From NCBI GenBank assembly GCA_965219575.1, contig OZ244779.1, positions 32,001-96,000 on the forward strand: a stretch of 64,000 bases of DNA, read 5' to 3'. This document shows, one piece after another, positions 1-10,215 of this stretch (its first letter is position 1; each line of letters begins with the position of its first letter). The translations under genes and the position numbers were made by a program. The stretch comes from Candidatus Oxydemutatoraceae bacterium. Its GTDB lineage: Bacteria > Pseudomonadota > Gammaproteobacteria > Poriferisulfidales > Oxydemutatoraceae. The notes under the pieces were generated by a model. The model had not been told where the DNA came from, searched no databases, and saw only the letters and a program-made list of their open reading frames with translations.

Positions 1-634
1 CAATCAGTGACCGATCGTACTTGCCGAACAGTAGTGCCGAAGATTTTACGCCTATCGCTTTGTCGTCGTGACGATCGGCCATCGCATACATTGTATCGTA
101 AGCAATAGACCAGCAAACACCGGCTGCATATAATAACCAACCCTCTAAAGACGGCAATGCGTTAGTTTGGGCAGTGTACGCCATCGGTATCGCCCAACCA
201 AAAGCCATACCTAGATGCGCTTGGGGCAAAGAATGTATACGCTTCATAAATGGATAAGATATCGCTAAGAACAGTGCAACTATAGACATATATACGGTTA
301 GTCTGTTGGTTTGTATGACCAAAAACAAAGCCAAAACCAATAACACGATAAATAAAATAATCGCTTCCGATGGTGAAACACGACCCGAGGCGATAGGACG
401 ATTTTTAGTTCTGGCAACCAGAGGATCTATTTTTCGATCTACATAGTCGTTGATAACACATCCTGCCGAGCGCATCAGTATCACGCCGGTAATGAATATC
501 AATAATATCCATTGATCGGGAAAACCGCCGGCGGCAAACCACAAAGCCCACAAAGTCGGCCACAACAACAAGTAAATGCCGATTGGGCGGGAAAAACGCA
601 TCAGTATTAAATAATTTTTGATACGCTCACCCAT
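1..634 (-). CDS. ubiA: 4-hydroxybenzoate polyprenyltransferase (3' part runs out of the window)
   Basis: Manual translation from the ATG at 634 gives MGERIKNYLILMRFSRPIGIYLLLWPTLWALW...MRSAGCVINDYVDRKIDPLVARTKNRPIASG, with the UbiA NDxxDRxxD motif. Not in the ORF track because it is truncated. Confidence 0.93.
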   Translation of the reverse strand, partial: MGERIKNYLILMRFSRPIGIYLLLWPTLWALWFAAGGFPDQWILLIFITGVILMRSAGCVINDYVDRKIDPLVARTKNRPIASGRVSPSEAIILFIVLLVLALFLVIQTNRLTVYMSIVALFLAISYPFMKRIHSLPQAHLGMAFGWAIPMAYTAQTNALPSLEGWLLYAAGVCWSIAYDTMYAMADRHDDKAIGVKSSALLFGKYDRSLI

Positions 635-821
635 TATGAAAGTACCATTTTCTACAGTGACACAACCGGCACCGCTGTTAAAAATGTATTAAATGTTCAT
701 ACAACTGCAACAAATACCGTACTACACGGCGTTACACCGACCGGTTCAGAGGATGATTTAATAATCCCTCGCAACGGTTTATGGAATACTTTTTCAATAA
801 CCTTGCTATTTTCGTATGAAG

Positions 822-3041
822 TTATTGATCCGTTCTCTTGGCTTCCTTTCGTTGCGCTCTTCTTTCAGCTAAAAATCTAGCTCTTTTTTCTGCTTTTATG
901 CGGGCTTTTAGTTGTGCTTCCTCTACTGCGTCCATAGCTTGGTATAATTTTTGCAGAATGCTATCTATCCTCTCTTTAGTTTGCCCACTACCCGGGAGAT
1001 TGCTAGCCTCTTCCAATATGGCAATCGCCTCTCTCGGGTTATCCCTACGAATCTCCGAGATCGCTTTAGTAAGTAGTACCGAGGCAGAGTTTGCGCGTGA
1101 AGTCGACCATGCTCCGACCAGCGAGTCGAACTCATCGGTTTTACCCAGTTCTAGATAAACACCCGACAATGCATTCAATACCTGACGCCGGTACGGATAA
1201 TCTTTACGTATTTCCTCGAATAGAGGAAGTGCTTTTTCGTACTCTTGATTTCTATAATAATAATTACCGATATAATACATAGTTCTTTTTCTTATCGGGA
1301 ATTCTTTATAAGATTCCTGCGCTGCTTCAAACGAGGTTTTATAATTACCGGCACTATAATTTGATACAGCCTTAAAGTACAAGTTATCGGACTTATACCA
1401 GATAATCTGGATGGCTAACATGGCAACGGTTACCACCGTCGCTGCGGTGGCACCGGCCATTTTCAAAGCGGGTGAAGGTAAAGCCAAACGATAAAATGTG
1501 CGTTCGCTTGCATCGGACGACTGCCAAACAGCACCGGCGAGTATGCCGACATAAAGCATGGCGATTGCTATAGTAATCGGTTGTTGCAACGGAAAACTGA
1601 CAAATGCATTTGCCGCAATACCTAGAATAGCTATAACGACGGTCATTACCATCACTTGATCTTCTTTTCGAAGTTCGCTTCTAAGTGAAAACACACGCAC
1701 GATGCCGATAAGTGCTGCAAATACCACCCACAACATCAGCAATAGCCCGACTAATCCTAGTTCACATATAAACTCTACATAATCGTTATGCGCATTAATG
1801 TGAAAGAGTGTCTCACCTCTTAATGCAGGGTCAACTGCGTAGGACTCTTGATATTTCGGATAATAAACCATCCAATTACCGATACCTACGCCTAGCAACC
1901 AATGATCTTTGAACATATTATAGGAATTTCTCCACATAATAAGGCGCTGATTCTTAGTTGCATCGTAACTTTTCTTGGCCGATTCAATTAACTTAGAGGC
2001 CGACTCGGCTTGTACTGCACCTCCACGAGGATTCGTGTCTCTATCAATTCCTCCGGTGTTTTTCTCTATAACGGGAACAGTGGAGACAAAAAATTGCGGC
2101 GTGGTATTAACCAATGCGACTGTTACCACGATAAATCCCGCTAAAGCCAATATTTTAGGAAGCCCCCAGTTGTATTTGTGAACCAAGCCGAACTTAAAAT
2201 AAACCAACAGTGGAACTAATATAGCCATTTCAACTATCCAAGAAAACCACGAACCGCGCGTACGACCGTAGAATAAAGCAGCCAGTGCGAGAGCAGAACC
2301 GAGAGCATAAAACCACGATGCTGCAGGCTTACGGCTGTTTATGAAAAGCCCCACACCCAATATCCAAGTCAGAATTAAAAATTCTCCATTCATATTTTTA
2401 TTACCGAATGTAGCTGCAGGCGAGGCATGCTGGGCAACCCAGTCTATAGAAAACAGATACTGTCCGACACCCAATAAAGCGATAAGCACTAAACTACAAA
2501 ACAGGCAAAATATCATCGGGAATATCGAGCGTCTATCGCGTAAACACATCAATGCCAAAAAGAAAATAATAAATCCTGCTCCCCAATCCAATACCTTAAC
2601 TATCGCTTCGTAAAAGTTATGCGCCCAAAACAAAGATAAAACCATCCACAAATAAAAAGCTAGGACGGGAAACAACAGCAACGGGACATGCGGGATCAGG
2701 ATGCCGTCACTTTTATTCTTATACACTAAAAACAAATAAACGGACAAAAATACCAAAGCACCCACCTGCAACATCGATGCCATATAAAGATCGGGATTAT
2801 AGCCGTACGGAGTTTGACCCAGAGGTGCAACGATGGCAACCAATGAAATGAAAACAGAAAGTGCCCATACATAAGATTGAGGTATCTCCGATATTATCTC
2901 TAACTGATTATGTCCCGAGATTGAATTCTCGGTTATGCCACCTGCCGACAAACTTGCTTTTTTATCGAGAGATTTTTGGCTTGTAGGTCTCGACGGGGCC
3001 TTAGTCGCCCCGGTTGCTTTTTTCTTTTTTCTAGTAGCCAT
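822..3041 (-). CDS. O-antigen ligase/Wzy_C family membrane protein with C-terminal TPR repeats
   Basis: Many TM helices; ATFGNKN, RTRGSW, R..MW...GVGIGNW and HINAHNDYVE..ELG motifs; TPR-like helical C-terminus. Confidence 0.8.
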   Translation of the reverse strand: MATRKKKKATGATKAPSRPTSQKSLDKKASLSAGGITENSISGHNQLEIISEIPQSYVWALSVFISLVAIVAPLGQTPYGYNPDLYMASMLQVGALVFLSVYLFLVYKNKSDGILIPHVPLLLFPVLAFYLWMVLSLFWAHNFYEAIVKVLDWGAGFIIFFLALMCLRDRRSIFPMIFCLFCSLVLIALLGVGQYLFSIDWVAQHASPAATFGNKNMNGEFLILTWILGVGLFINSRKPAASWFYALGSALALAALFYGRTRGSWFSWIVEMAILVPLLVYFKFGLVHKYNWGLPKILALAGFIVVTVALVNTTPQFFVSTVPVIEKNTGGIDRDTNPRGGAVQAESASKLIESAKKSYDATKNQRLIMWRNSYNMFKDHWLLGVGIGNWMVYYPKYQESYAVDPALRGETLFHINAHNDYVEFICELGLVGLLLMLWVVFAALIGIVRVFSLRSELRKEDQVMVMTVVIAILGIAANAFVSFPLQQPITIAIAMLYVGILAGAVWQSSDASERTFYRLALPSPALKMAGATAATVVTVAMLAIQIIWYKSDNLYFKAVSNYSAGNYKTSFEAAQESYKEFPIRKRTMYYIGNYYYRNQEYEKALPLFEEIRKDYPYRRQVLNALSGVYLELGKTDEFDSLVGAWSTSRANSASVLLTKAISEIRRDNPREAIAILEEASNLPGSGQTKERIDSILQKLYQAMDAVEEAQLKARIKAEKRARFLAERRAQRKEAKRTDQ

Positions 3042-3189
3042 CCGATTATTTCAAAAAGTAAAAATTAAATGCCTATGATAACACGATATGATGTGGCATG
3101 GAGACAAATAACGCAATGATAGTGGCAGAAGTTAGAGAAGGAAAGTGATGACGCAGATTCTATATATTTATAAAAATCTTGCCGCCCGA

Positions 3190-3276
<87 letters not shown>

Positions 3277-3299
3277 GAAAAACCGTTGCAAAGTTTAAC

Positions 3300-4205
3300 T
3301 CACTTTATTTCGGTTGTTTTTTCCAATACTTCGTCCGTAAAACTTCCCACCACATTTATATCTATAGGGTCGGGCATAGCCTTCTCTAAGGCGGCGAATA
3401 CATTTACTCGGCTTTGCAAATCACCGAGATAGCTTTCGGATTGCACTCTTCCGCGACCTAATACCTGCTCTTGTATATTGATCAGTTCAGTCCCGAGATT
3501 CAAACCGTCTTGAACCCATGCTCTGATTGTATGGTCTTTGTCCGGATGTTTCTCTAGTGCCTCTTTATAAGCTCCGCTACCGGTGCCGTATTGGTTAAAA
3601 TTTTCCGTTGTGTCGAGGAATTTTGACTGCGAGATAGTATTTGCCATCTGCGCAATCTGTGCCGACTGCTTTTTCAAGTTTTCTAAAGACTCGGCAGGCA
3701 TTTTTTGTTTTTCTGCATCGGATAAACCATCAAAAGATACATTATGGGCAAGATTATGAATTGCGGTCGTGCCTCTGCGTATCGCTTTGTCACCCAAAGT
3801 AAAAAATGTAGCAACCTCGTCACTACTTTTCGAGTCGGCTAATCCCACAGCGGCATTCTCTCTAGCGGTTGACATCCCGGTTATGCATGCCGTTAATAAC
3901 ATGTTCGCTTTACCTTCGAGGACAACACCCGCATGAGCAGCAACATTACCGGACGACGATATTCGTTGATTACTGCGCGGTCGCCCTCCGAAACACGATC
4001 CCAATATTCTGAATAAACCGTTACGTTCGCTGCGTGTGGCAGTACGCGCCGCTCTACTGCGTATACTCATTCTCGGAATATTCGGGCTGAGGTTGGCCCT
4101 TATTCCACCGTCGTCGGGAACGGTTCTATTGTCGGGACTATTGCTGCCGGCAACTCGCTCGGCATTAGCTACTTGTTGGGGACGATTGGTTGAATTTACT
4201 ATCAT
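3300..4205 (-). CDS. hypothetical protein with disordered S/N/P/R-rich N-terminus and helical C-terminal domain
   Basis: 301-aa ORF with a GGAGG RBS upstream; no family recognised. Confidence 0.65.
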   Translation of the reverse strand: MIVNSTNRPQQVANAERVAGSNSPDNRTVPDDGGIRANLSPNIPRMSIRSRAARTATRSERNGLFRILGSCFGGRPRSNQRISSSGNVAAHAGVVLEGKANMLLTACITGMSTARENAAVGLADSKSSDEVATFFTLGDKAIRRGTTAIHNLAHNVSFDGLSDAEKQKMPAESLENLKKQSAQIAQMANTISQSKFLDTTENFNQYGTGSGAYKEALEKHPDKDHTIRAWVQDGLNLGTELINIQEQVLGRGRVQSESYLGDLQSRVNVFAALEKAMPDPIDINVVGSFTDEVLEKTTEIK

Positions 4206-4451
4206 AGTAATACCCTCCTACTTTGTGTTTGCTATTCCCAAGCATTATACCATATCTGCAAACCAAACCGTGCCGATGGGTCTAATCTTTGTAGATTAAA
4301 TGTTGACAATGCTGTATACCGACAAGCCAAAACTCGGACAGGCATGTAGGCGGATGCGTATTTTAATGATGCCGACACAATGCCTAAGAACCGATTATAC
4401 GCTCGTATTGCGTTATAATGGGGTTGTCATGTTTACTTTCAGGTGGTCTTG

Positions 4452-4625
4452 ATGAAATATAAAAAATATATGTGCGTAGTGTGTGGCTGGGTTTACGATG
4501 AGGAATACGGCGTGCCGGAGGACGGCATAGAACCCGGAACACGCTGGGATGAAATTCCGTTGAATTGGACTTGCCCGGAATGTGGTGCGCGTAAATCGGA
4601 CTTTGAAATGGTTGAACTGGCTTAA
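4452..4625 (+). CDS. rubredoxin
   Basis: [34 protein letters not shown], two CxxC motifs. Confidence 0.95.
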   Translation: MKYKKYMCVVCGWVYDEEYGVPEDGIEPGTRWDEIPLNWTCPECGARKSDFEMVELA

Positions 4626-4628
4626 CCG

Positions 4629-5567
4629 ATGTCTATATTAGTTTGCGGTTCCGTTGCCTTCGACAACATCATGGTCTTTAAGGACCGCTTCAGAAATCAT
4701 ATCTTAGCCGATCAGTTGCACATCTTAAATGTTTCCTTTCTGGTTCCCGACATGCAACAACAATACGGCGGCTGCGCAGGAAATATTGCATATAATTTGT
4801 CCTTGCTCGGTTGCGAATCTTATGTGATGGCAACCGTAGGCAAGGATTTCGGAGATTACGATGAATGGATGGATCGTTGCGGTGTGAACCGAGACTACAT
4901 AAAAGTTATTTCGGAAAGCTATACCTCGCGAGCCTTTATCATCACCGATATGGACGACAATCAAATTACCGCATTTCATCCGGGAGCGATGGAGCAATGT
5001 CATATAAACCAAGTGCCTACCGGCGAGGGTATTATCTTGGGAATTATTTCACCCGACGGACGCGAAGGCATGCTTCAACATGCACAACAATTTAAGGAGG
5101 CGAACATCCCGTTTATTTTCGACCCCGGTCAAGGAACACCGATGTTTACGACGGAGGAGCTAGATCACTTTATAGACCAAGCCGATTGGCTGGCGTGCAA
5201 CGATTACGAAGCACAAATGATTTGCGAACGCACCAACAACTCGGTGGAACAGATTGCCGAGCGATTACGGGCTTTTATTGTCACTCAAGGCGATAAAGGC
5301 TCGATGATTTACACCAAGGAAAAGGTGTATACGATTCCCGCGATACCCGCCGGAAAACCTAAAGATCCTACGGGCTGTGGAGACGCTTATAGAGCGGGAT
5401 TACTATACGGCTTATCCAAAAATTTTGATTGGGAAACAACCGGGCGTATCGCATCACTACTGGGAGCTTATAAGGTTGAATATTCAGGCGGACAACAACA
5501 TACTTTTTCCAAAGCAGAATTCAGACAACGTTATGCGGAAGTTTATAGCGGTCATATCGTTTTGTAA
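4629..5567 (+). CDS. PfkB family carbohydrate/nucleoside (adenosine-like) kinase
   Basis: GGCAGNIAY, FDPGQ and DPTGCGDAYRAG PfkB signatures. Confidence 0.88.
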   Translation: MSILVCGSVAFDNIMVFKDRFRNHILADQLHILNVSFLVPDMQQQYGGCAGNIAYNLSLLGCESYVMATVGKDFGDYDEWMDRCGVNRDYIKVISESYTSRAFIITDMDDNQITAFHPGAMEQCHINQVPTGEGIILGIISPDGREGMLQHAQQFKEANIPFIFDPGQGTPMFTTEELDHFIDQADWLACNDYEAQMICERTNNSVEQIAERLRAFIVTQGDKGSMIYTKEKVYTIPAIPAGKPKDPTGCGDAYRAGLLYGLSKNFDWETTGRIASLLGAYKVEYSGGQQHTFSKAEFRQRYAEVYSGHIVL

Positions 5568-5681
5568 ATGATGTCCCTCCCTTGAAGATTGGATCAAACC
5601 CTAACCACCCTAAAACGGAAGCAGTATAATATGATAAAGAACTGAACGATTAAAGTTTATTAAAAGGAGGATTTACGAACC

Positions 5682-7184
5682 ATGTCTATAAGTACCGAAT
5701 TTCATCAAGCAGTCATCTCTTTTACATATTACCTAGCCGCACTTCTGTTTATAGCATTTATTGCGTTCGCAATAATGATAGTCGTTATGTATATAGTCGA
5801 TGTCACTCAGTCGCAGCATACCATCAGAAGAAACTATCCGGTGATAGGACGATTTAGATATTTGTTCGAAAGATTGGGGGAATTTTTTAGACAATATTTC
5901 TTTGCACTGGACCGAGAAGAATTGCCCTTTAATAGAGCCCAGCGAAGTTGGGTTTATCGTGCAGCCAAGAACGAAGATACAACCGTTGGATTCGGATCCA
6001 CCAAAGACTTACGACCGGCCGGCAGTGTTCTTTTTGTTAACTGTCCCTACCCGACACTGGATCGGGATGCGGCCGAAACGAGTACCGTCACAATCGGACC
6101 GAATTGCCCGAACCCGTATAGCACTGCATCGCTGGTCAACATCTCGGGAATGAGCTATGGTGCGATTTCCAAACCAGCGGTACTTGCCTTATCCAAAGGA
6201 GCAAAAATGGCCGGATGTTGGATGAATACCGGAGAGGGCGGGCTCAGTCCTTATCATTTAGAAGGTGGTGCCGATATTGTTTTTCAAATCGGCACCGCTA
6301 AGAACGGTGTGAGAACACTCGACGGTCGGCTGGACGACAAGAAACTTGCCGAGGTCGCAGCGTACCCTCAAGTCAAAATGTTTGAACTCAAACTCAGTCA
6401 AGGTGCAAAACCCGGCAAAGGTGGAATTCTTCCGGCAACTAAGGTAACCGCCGAAATTGCCGAAATACGCGGTATAGAGCAAGGTAAAGATGCGATCAGC
6501 CCCAATCGTCATCCCGAGATAAACAATAATTCCGAACTACTGGATATGCTCAACCATATACGCACCGTAACCGCCAAACCCGTCGGATTTAAGGCAGTGC
6601 TAGGTGCTTACGGATGGCTTTCAACTCTATGCGAGGAAATTATCCAACGCGGCGTAGAATCGGCACCCGACTTTATTACCGTTGACAGTGCCGACGGCGG
6701 AACCGGTGCTGCCCCGATGCCGTTAATCGACGATATGGGCTTACCGCTTCGCGAAAGCCTTGCGATGCTCGTCGATACACTCGAAAAATATAATCTACGC
6801 GACCGAATCAAGGTGATTGCGTCGGGAAAATTGATTACCCCCGCCGATGTTGCTTGGGCATTATGTATCGGCGCGGACTTCGTTGTTTCGGCACGCGGTT
6901 TTATGTTCGCATTAGGGTGCATACAAGCACTGCAATGCAACAAAAATACCTGCCCTACCGGAATCACGACACACGACCTTAAGTACCAAAAGGGCTTGGT
7001 ACCGGAAGACAAAGCAACACGAGTGTTTAATTATGTCAAACGAATTAATTATGAAACCGGAGTCATCGCTCATTCCTGCGGTGTGTCAAACCCACGAGAA
7101 TTAAAACGTTTCCATGCTCGCGTCGTCATGCCGAACGGTTTATCCACCTCACTCAGCGAACTGTACCCGGCAATTAGTGGATGA
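5682..7184 (+). CDS. FMN-binding glutamate synthase family protein (GltB2-like, N-terminal TM)
   Basis: SGMSYGAIS, NTGEGG, ELKLSQGAKPGKGG and GCIQALQCNKNTCPTGITT (3Fe-4S) motifs. Confidence 0.9.
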   Translation: MSISTEFHQAVISFTYYLAALLFIAFIAFAIMIVVMYIVDVTQSQHTIRRNYPVIGRFRYLFERLGEFFRQYFFALDREELPFNRAQRSWVYRAAKNEDTTVGFGSTKDLRPAGSVLFVNCPYPTLDRDAAETSTVTIGPNCPNPYSTASLVNISGMSYGAISKPAVLALSKGAKMAGCWMNTGEGGLSPYHLEGGADIVFQIGTAKNGVRTLDGRLDDKKLAEVAAYPQVKMFELKLSQGAKPGKGGILPATKVTAEIAEIRGIEQGKDAISPNRHPEINNNSELLDMLNHIRTVTAKPVGFKAVLGAYGWLSTLCEEIIQRGVESAPDFITVDSADGGTGAAPMPLIDDMGLPLRESLAMLVDTLEKYNLRDRIKVIASGKLITPADVAWALCIGADFVVSARGFMFALGCIQALQCNKNTCPTGITTHDLKYQKGLVPEDKATRVFNYVKRINYETGVIAHSCGVSNPRELKRFHARVVMPNGLSTSLSELYPAISG

Positions 7185-7745
7185 ATACATTATCTGTGCA
7201 AGTACGGCACCGGTTATTCCCCTCCTCTGGAGGGGTGTTGGACGCAGCGTATCTGCACAAGGTGCAGTGCCGGTACATTCCCCTCCTTCGGAGGGGTGGC
7301 CTATGCATTTTGCAATGCATGCGATTAGCAATCATGTCGAGGTTCTGAACAAAGTCACGCCGATTGACCTACTGGTTCAATCGGCGGTTCTATTCAGCCT
7401 TACGGGGTGGTTGTGTAGTGGGGCTGTTGAAAAAGTATTTCATAGAGTGGTAGGGGCGGACTTGCATGTCCGCCCGTAACGTATCATGTTTGCACGATTA
7501 ACGCGTTCACCCATTAATATTATGGAAACCATTATTTGTTGGCGCAAGCGGTTGGTGTCGTGCAGAACGGTACTTAAGGGCAGACATCAAAATTGCCGAT
7601 TGACCTACCGGTTCAATCGGCGGCTTTATCCTGCCCCTACAGGTGGTTTGCAAATATTCACGGCGCAAAGCGGTTGCAATTTTGCAAACACAGTACTTTT
7701 TCAACAGCCCCGTAGTATCTGCAACGGTTAATTCCCCTCCTACGC
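7185..7745. repeat. nested repeat cluster: CCCCTCC/GGAGGGG hairpin elements plus a MITE (7420-7711) containing two GTAG REPs
   Basis: TIRs GGGGCTGTTGAAAA (7420) and TTTTCAACAGCCCC (ends 7711), flanked by a GTAGT direct repeat; REP GTAGGGGCGGACTTGCATGTCCGCCC at 7450-7475. Confidence 0.88.
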
Positions 7746-7807
7746 ATGTCGGTATGTTCAGCTTATAGTACGGAGACTAGTATACATATAATAATCTATT
7801 TTTCAGG

Positions 7808-8355
7808 ATGCACGATTTATGTAAAAACCCGAGATTAATAGGGCAAGTTCTCTTTGTCGTTTTTCTACTCGTGGTCTTAGGCGCACAAGTTGTGTCGGCA
7901 CAGACAACCTTGCCAGATTGCACTAATTCCTTATTAGACTTGTCCGATTACAATAAAGATGATGGTGATCTTGTAGATCAAGCTGTGGATATTGACAAGG
8001 ACGGCGACGGTTTGATAGAAATCTGTGATTTGGAGGGACTGTACGCATCATAGGAAGTGACAGCGTAGGCAGTTTGGTTGGTTCCAATAGCGGTTCCAGC
8101 ACCAACAGCTATGCGACAGGTTTTGATGATGCCTTATTCGGTGCTTCTGCCGGTTCTCCCACCATCACGAACAGTTCAACGAAAACCGAAATGGAACTGC
8201 AAACACCGACAACGGCAACCGGGATATATAGCGACTGGAGTACCGAAGTATGGGATTTCGGCACTTCGAACGATCTCCCGACACTCAAAGATGTGCCGGA
8301 AATAGAACTTATCCGAATCCGAACCAAAGTGTTTTTAGAGGGTCCCCTCCAATAG
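7808..8355 (+). pseudogene. internally deleted, frameshifted small member of the GLUG-repeat / KVFLEG-tail secreted family
   Basis: ORF 7808-8053 has a signal peptide (VSA|Q) and DIDKDGDGLIEICDLEGL. Another frame from about 8041 continues SVGSLVG..TNSYATG..TATGIYSDWSTEVWDFGT..IRIRTKVFLEGPLQ. All motifs are shared with the giant proteins. Confidence 0.8.
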
Positions 8356-8382
8356 CCTATCCTTTAATATCTATAGCGGTCA

Positions 8383-8826
8383 ATTCCCCTCCTTCGGAGG
8401 GGTGGCAGGCGCAGCCTGACGGGGTGGTCGCGTCGTGGGGCTGTTGAAAAAATACCGTTTTGCACGATTGTAACCGCTTGCGCCATTAAATTTACGATAA
8501 CCACTGAGTTGTAGGGGCAGACTAACATGTCTGCCCTTCAGTACCGTTCTGTACAAACTCAACCGCTTGCGCCATTTGGTTTTGGTTTCCATAAATTGGA
8601 TGAATGAATGTATAAATCATGCCGGCCAACGCGTTACGGGCGGACATGCCAGTCCGCCCCTACGGGTGGTTTGCGAATATTCACGGCGCACAGCGGTTAG
8701 ATTTGTGCGATGTCCACACTTTTTCAACAGCCCCGTCGTGTCTGCATAAGTATAGTGTTGATACATTCCCTTCCACAGGAGAGGAATTGTACGTTTCTGC
8801 ACATTTCCGGTCACTCGGTGGTTCTA
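8383..8826. repeat. hairpin element plus MITE (8437-8734, TSD GTCGT) with an inverted REP pair
   Basis: TIRs at 8437 and ending at 8734; REPs at 8511-8536 and 8638-8663. Confidence 0.88.
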
Positions 8827-10113
8827 TCTTAGAAACGCTTGTTCGGCGGCTTCCAGCGTTTGTTCTAAAACTTCCGCATCGTGTGCTATCGAAACGAAGC
8901 ATGCCTCGTAGGGCGACGGCGGCAAATAAACCCCGGCATCAAGCATGGCATGGAAAAAACGCTTAAACGACTCTCCGTTATCACCCGTTGCGCAATGACG
9001 GGCTTGGCTTAAATTTTCTACTTTTTGCGCCGCACCTAAGAAAAAGCCGAACATAGCCCCCATAGAGTCGCTATAACAGTCCAACCCTGCCTCGGCGGCG
9101 CAATCCGACAAACCTCGGCTCAATGCTTGTGTGGTTTGGGTTACACGCTCAAAGAGACCATCGCTACAAAGCAACTCCAGAGTCTTCAAGCCGGCAGCAA
9201 CAGACACCGGATTACCCGATAGAGTGCCGGCTTGATAAACCGAACCGAGCGGAGCAATATGCTCCATAATTTCTCCGACACCTCCGAAAGCACCTACCGG
9301 CATTCCGCCGCCTATAATTTTTCCTAATACGGTCAAATCGGGCTGAATTTGATAAACAGCCTGCGCACCCCCGATTGCAACCCTGAAGCCACTCATGACC
9401 TCGTCAAAAATCAGTAATGCGCCGTATTGATCACAACATCGACGCAGGGTCTTTAGAAACTCGGTATCCCCCGGCACGAAGTTCATATTGCCGGCAACAG
9501 GCTCGACGATAACAGCGGCAATTTGCTCGCCTATTTGTTCAAACACCGATTGCACCTGTTCCACATCGTTGTAGTTTATCGTCGTGGTCAACGATGCAAA
9601 TCCCACGGGTACCCCGGACGAGTTCGGAACACCTAAGGTCAAAGACCCCGAACCGGCACCGACCAGCATCGCATCGCTATGTCCGTGATAGCAACCGTCA
9701 AACTTGACGACCCGATCGCGCCCGGTATAACCACGTGCCAAGCGTACGGCACTCATCACAGCTTCGCTACCCGAATTAACCAAGCGTAGTAAATCCATAG
9801 AGGGAAAATGCGTTTTGATTTTTTCTGCCAGTCGGGTTTCAATTTCGGTCGAGGCACCGAAGCCTAAGCCGTTTGATGCCGCCCGTGTCACCGCCGCAAT
9901 TACTTCGGGATGGGCGTGTCCCATAATCATAGCCCCCCACGAACCCACATAATCTATATAACGATTACCGTCCTCGTCGTAGAGTCGCGCACCCTCGGCT
10001 TTTTTTATAAAAGGTGGCGTGCCGCCTACCGCTTTGAATGCCCTAACCGGAGAATTGACTCCTCCGGGAATAGACAAACAGGCGCGTCGATATAATGCTT
10101 CGGAGTGTTTCAT
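8824..10113 (-). CDS. hemL: glutamate-1-semialdehyde 2,1-aminomutase
   Basis: IPGGVNSPVRAF, FDEVMSGFRV, LGKIIGGGMPVGAFGG and YQAGTLSGNP motifs. Confidence 0.97.
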   Translation of the reverse strand: MKHSEALYRRACLSIPGGVNSPVRAFKAVGGTPPFIKKAEGARLYDEDGNRYIDYVGSWGAMIMGHAHPEVIAAVTRAASNGLGFGASTEIETRLAEKIKTHFPSMDLLRLVNSGSEAVMSAVRLARGYTGRDRVVKFDGCYHGHSDAMLVGAGSGSLTLGVPNSSGVPVGFASLTTTINYNDVEQVQSVFEQIGEQIAAVIVEPVAGNMNFVPGDTEFLKTLRRCCDQYGALLIFDEVMSGFRVAIGGAQAVYQIQPDLTVLGKIIGGGMPVGAFGGVGEIMEHIAPLGSVYQAGTLSGNPVSVAAGLKTLELLCSDGLFERVTQTTQALSRGLSDCAAEAGLDCYSDSMGAMFGFFLGAAQKVENLSQARHCATGDNGESFKRFFHAMLDAGVYLPPSPYEACFVSIAHDAEVLEQTLEAAEQAFLR

Positions 10114-10215
10114 TGAACCGTCAATTTTGGATAATCGTTATTTATTGAACGATTATTGTAATCTATAATTCGAAGTACCGATGCCAACTTATCACTATAA
10201 AAGGATTAAACAACG

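Noticed and set aside
7114-8966. Short ORFs in repeat clusters (also at 12991, 17538-18056, 31237-32063, 33859-34557, 38972, 42602, 46197)
   Set aside because: They are translations of repeat DNA or antisense to tRNA/ribosomal protein genes. The recurring peptides reflect DNA repeats.
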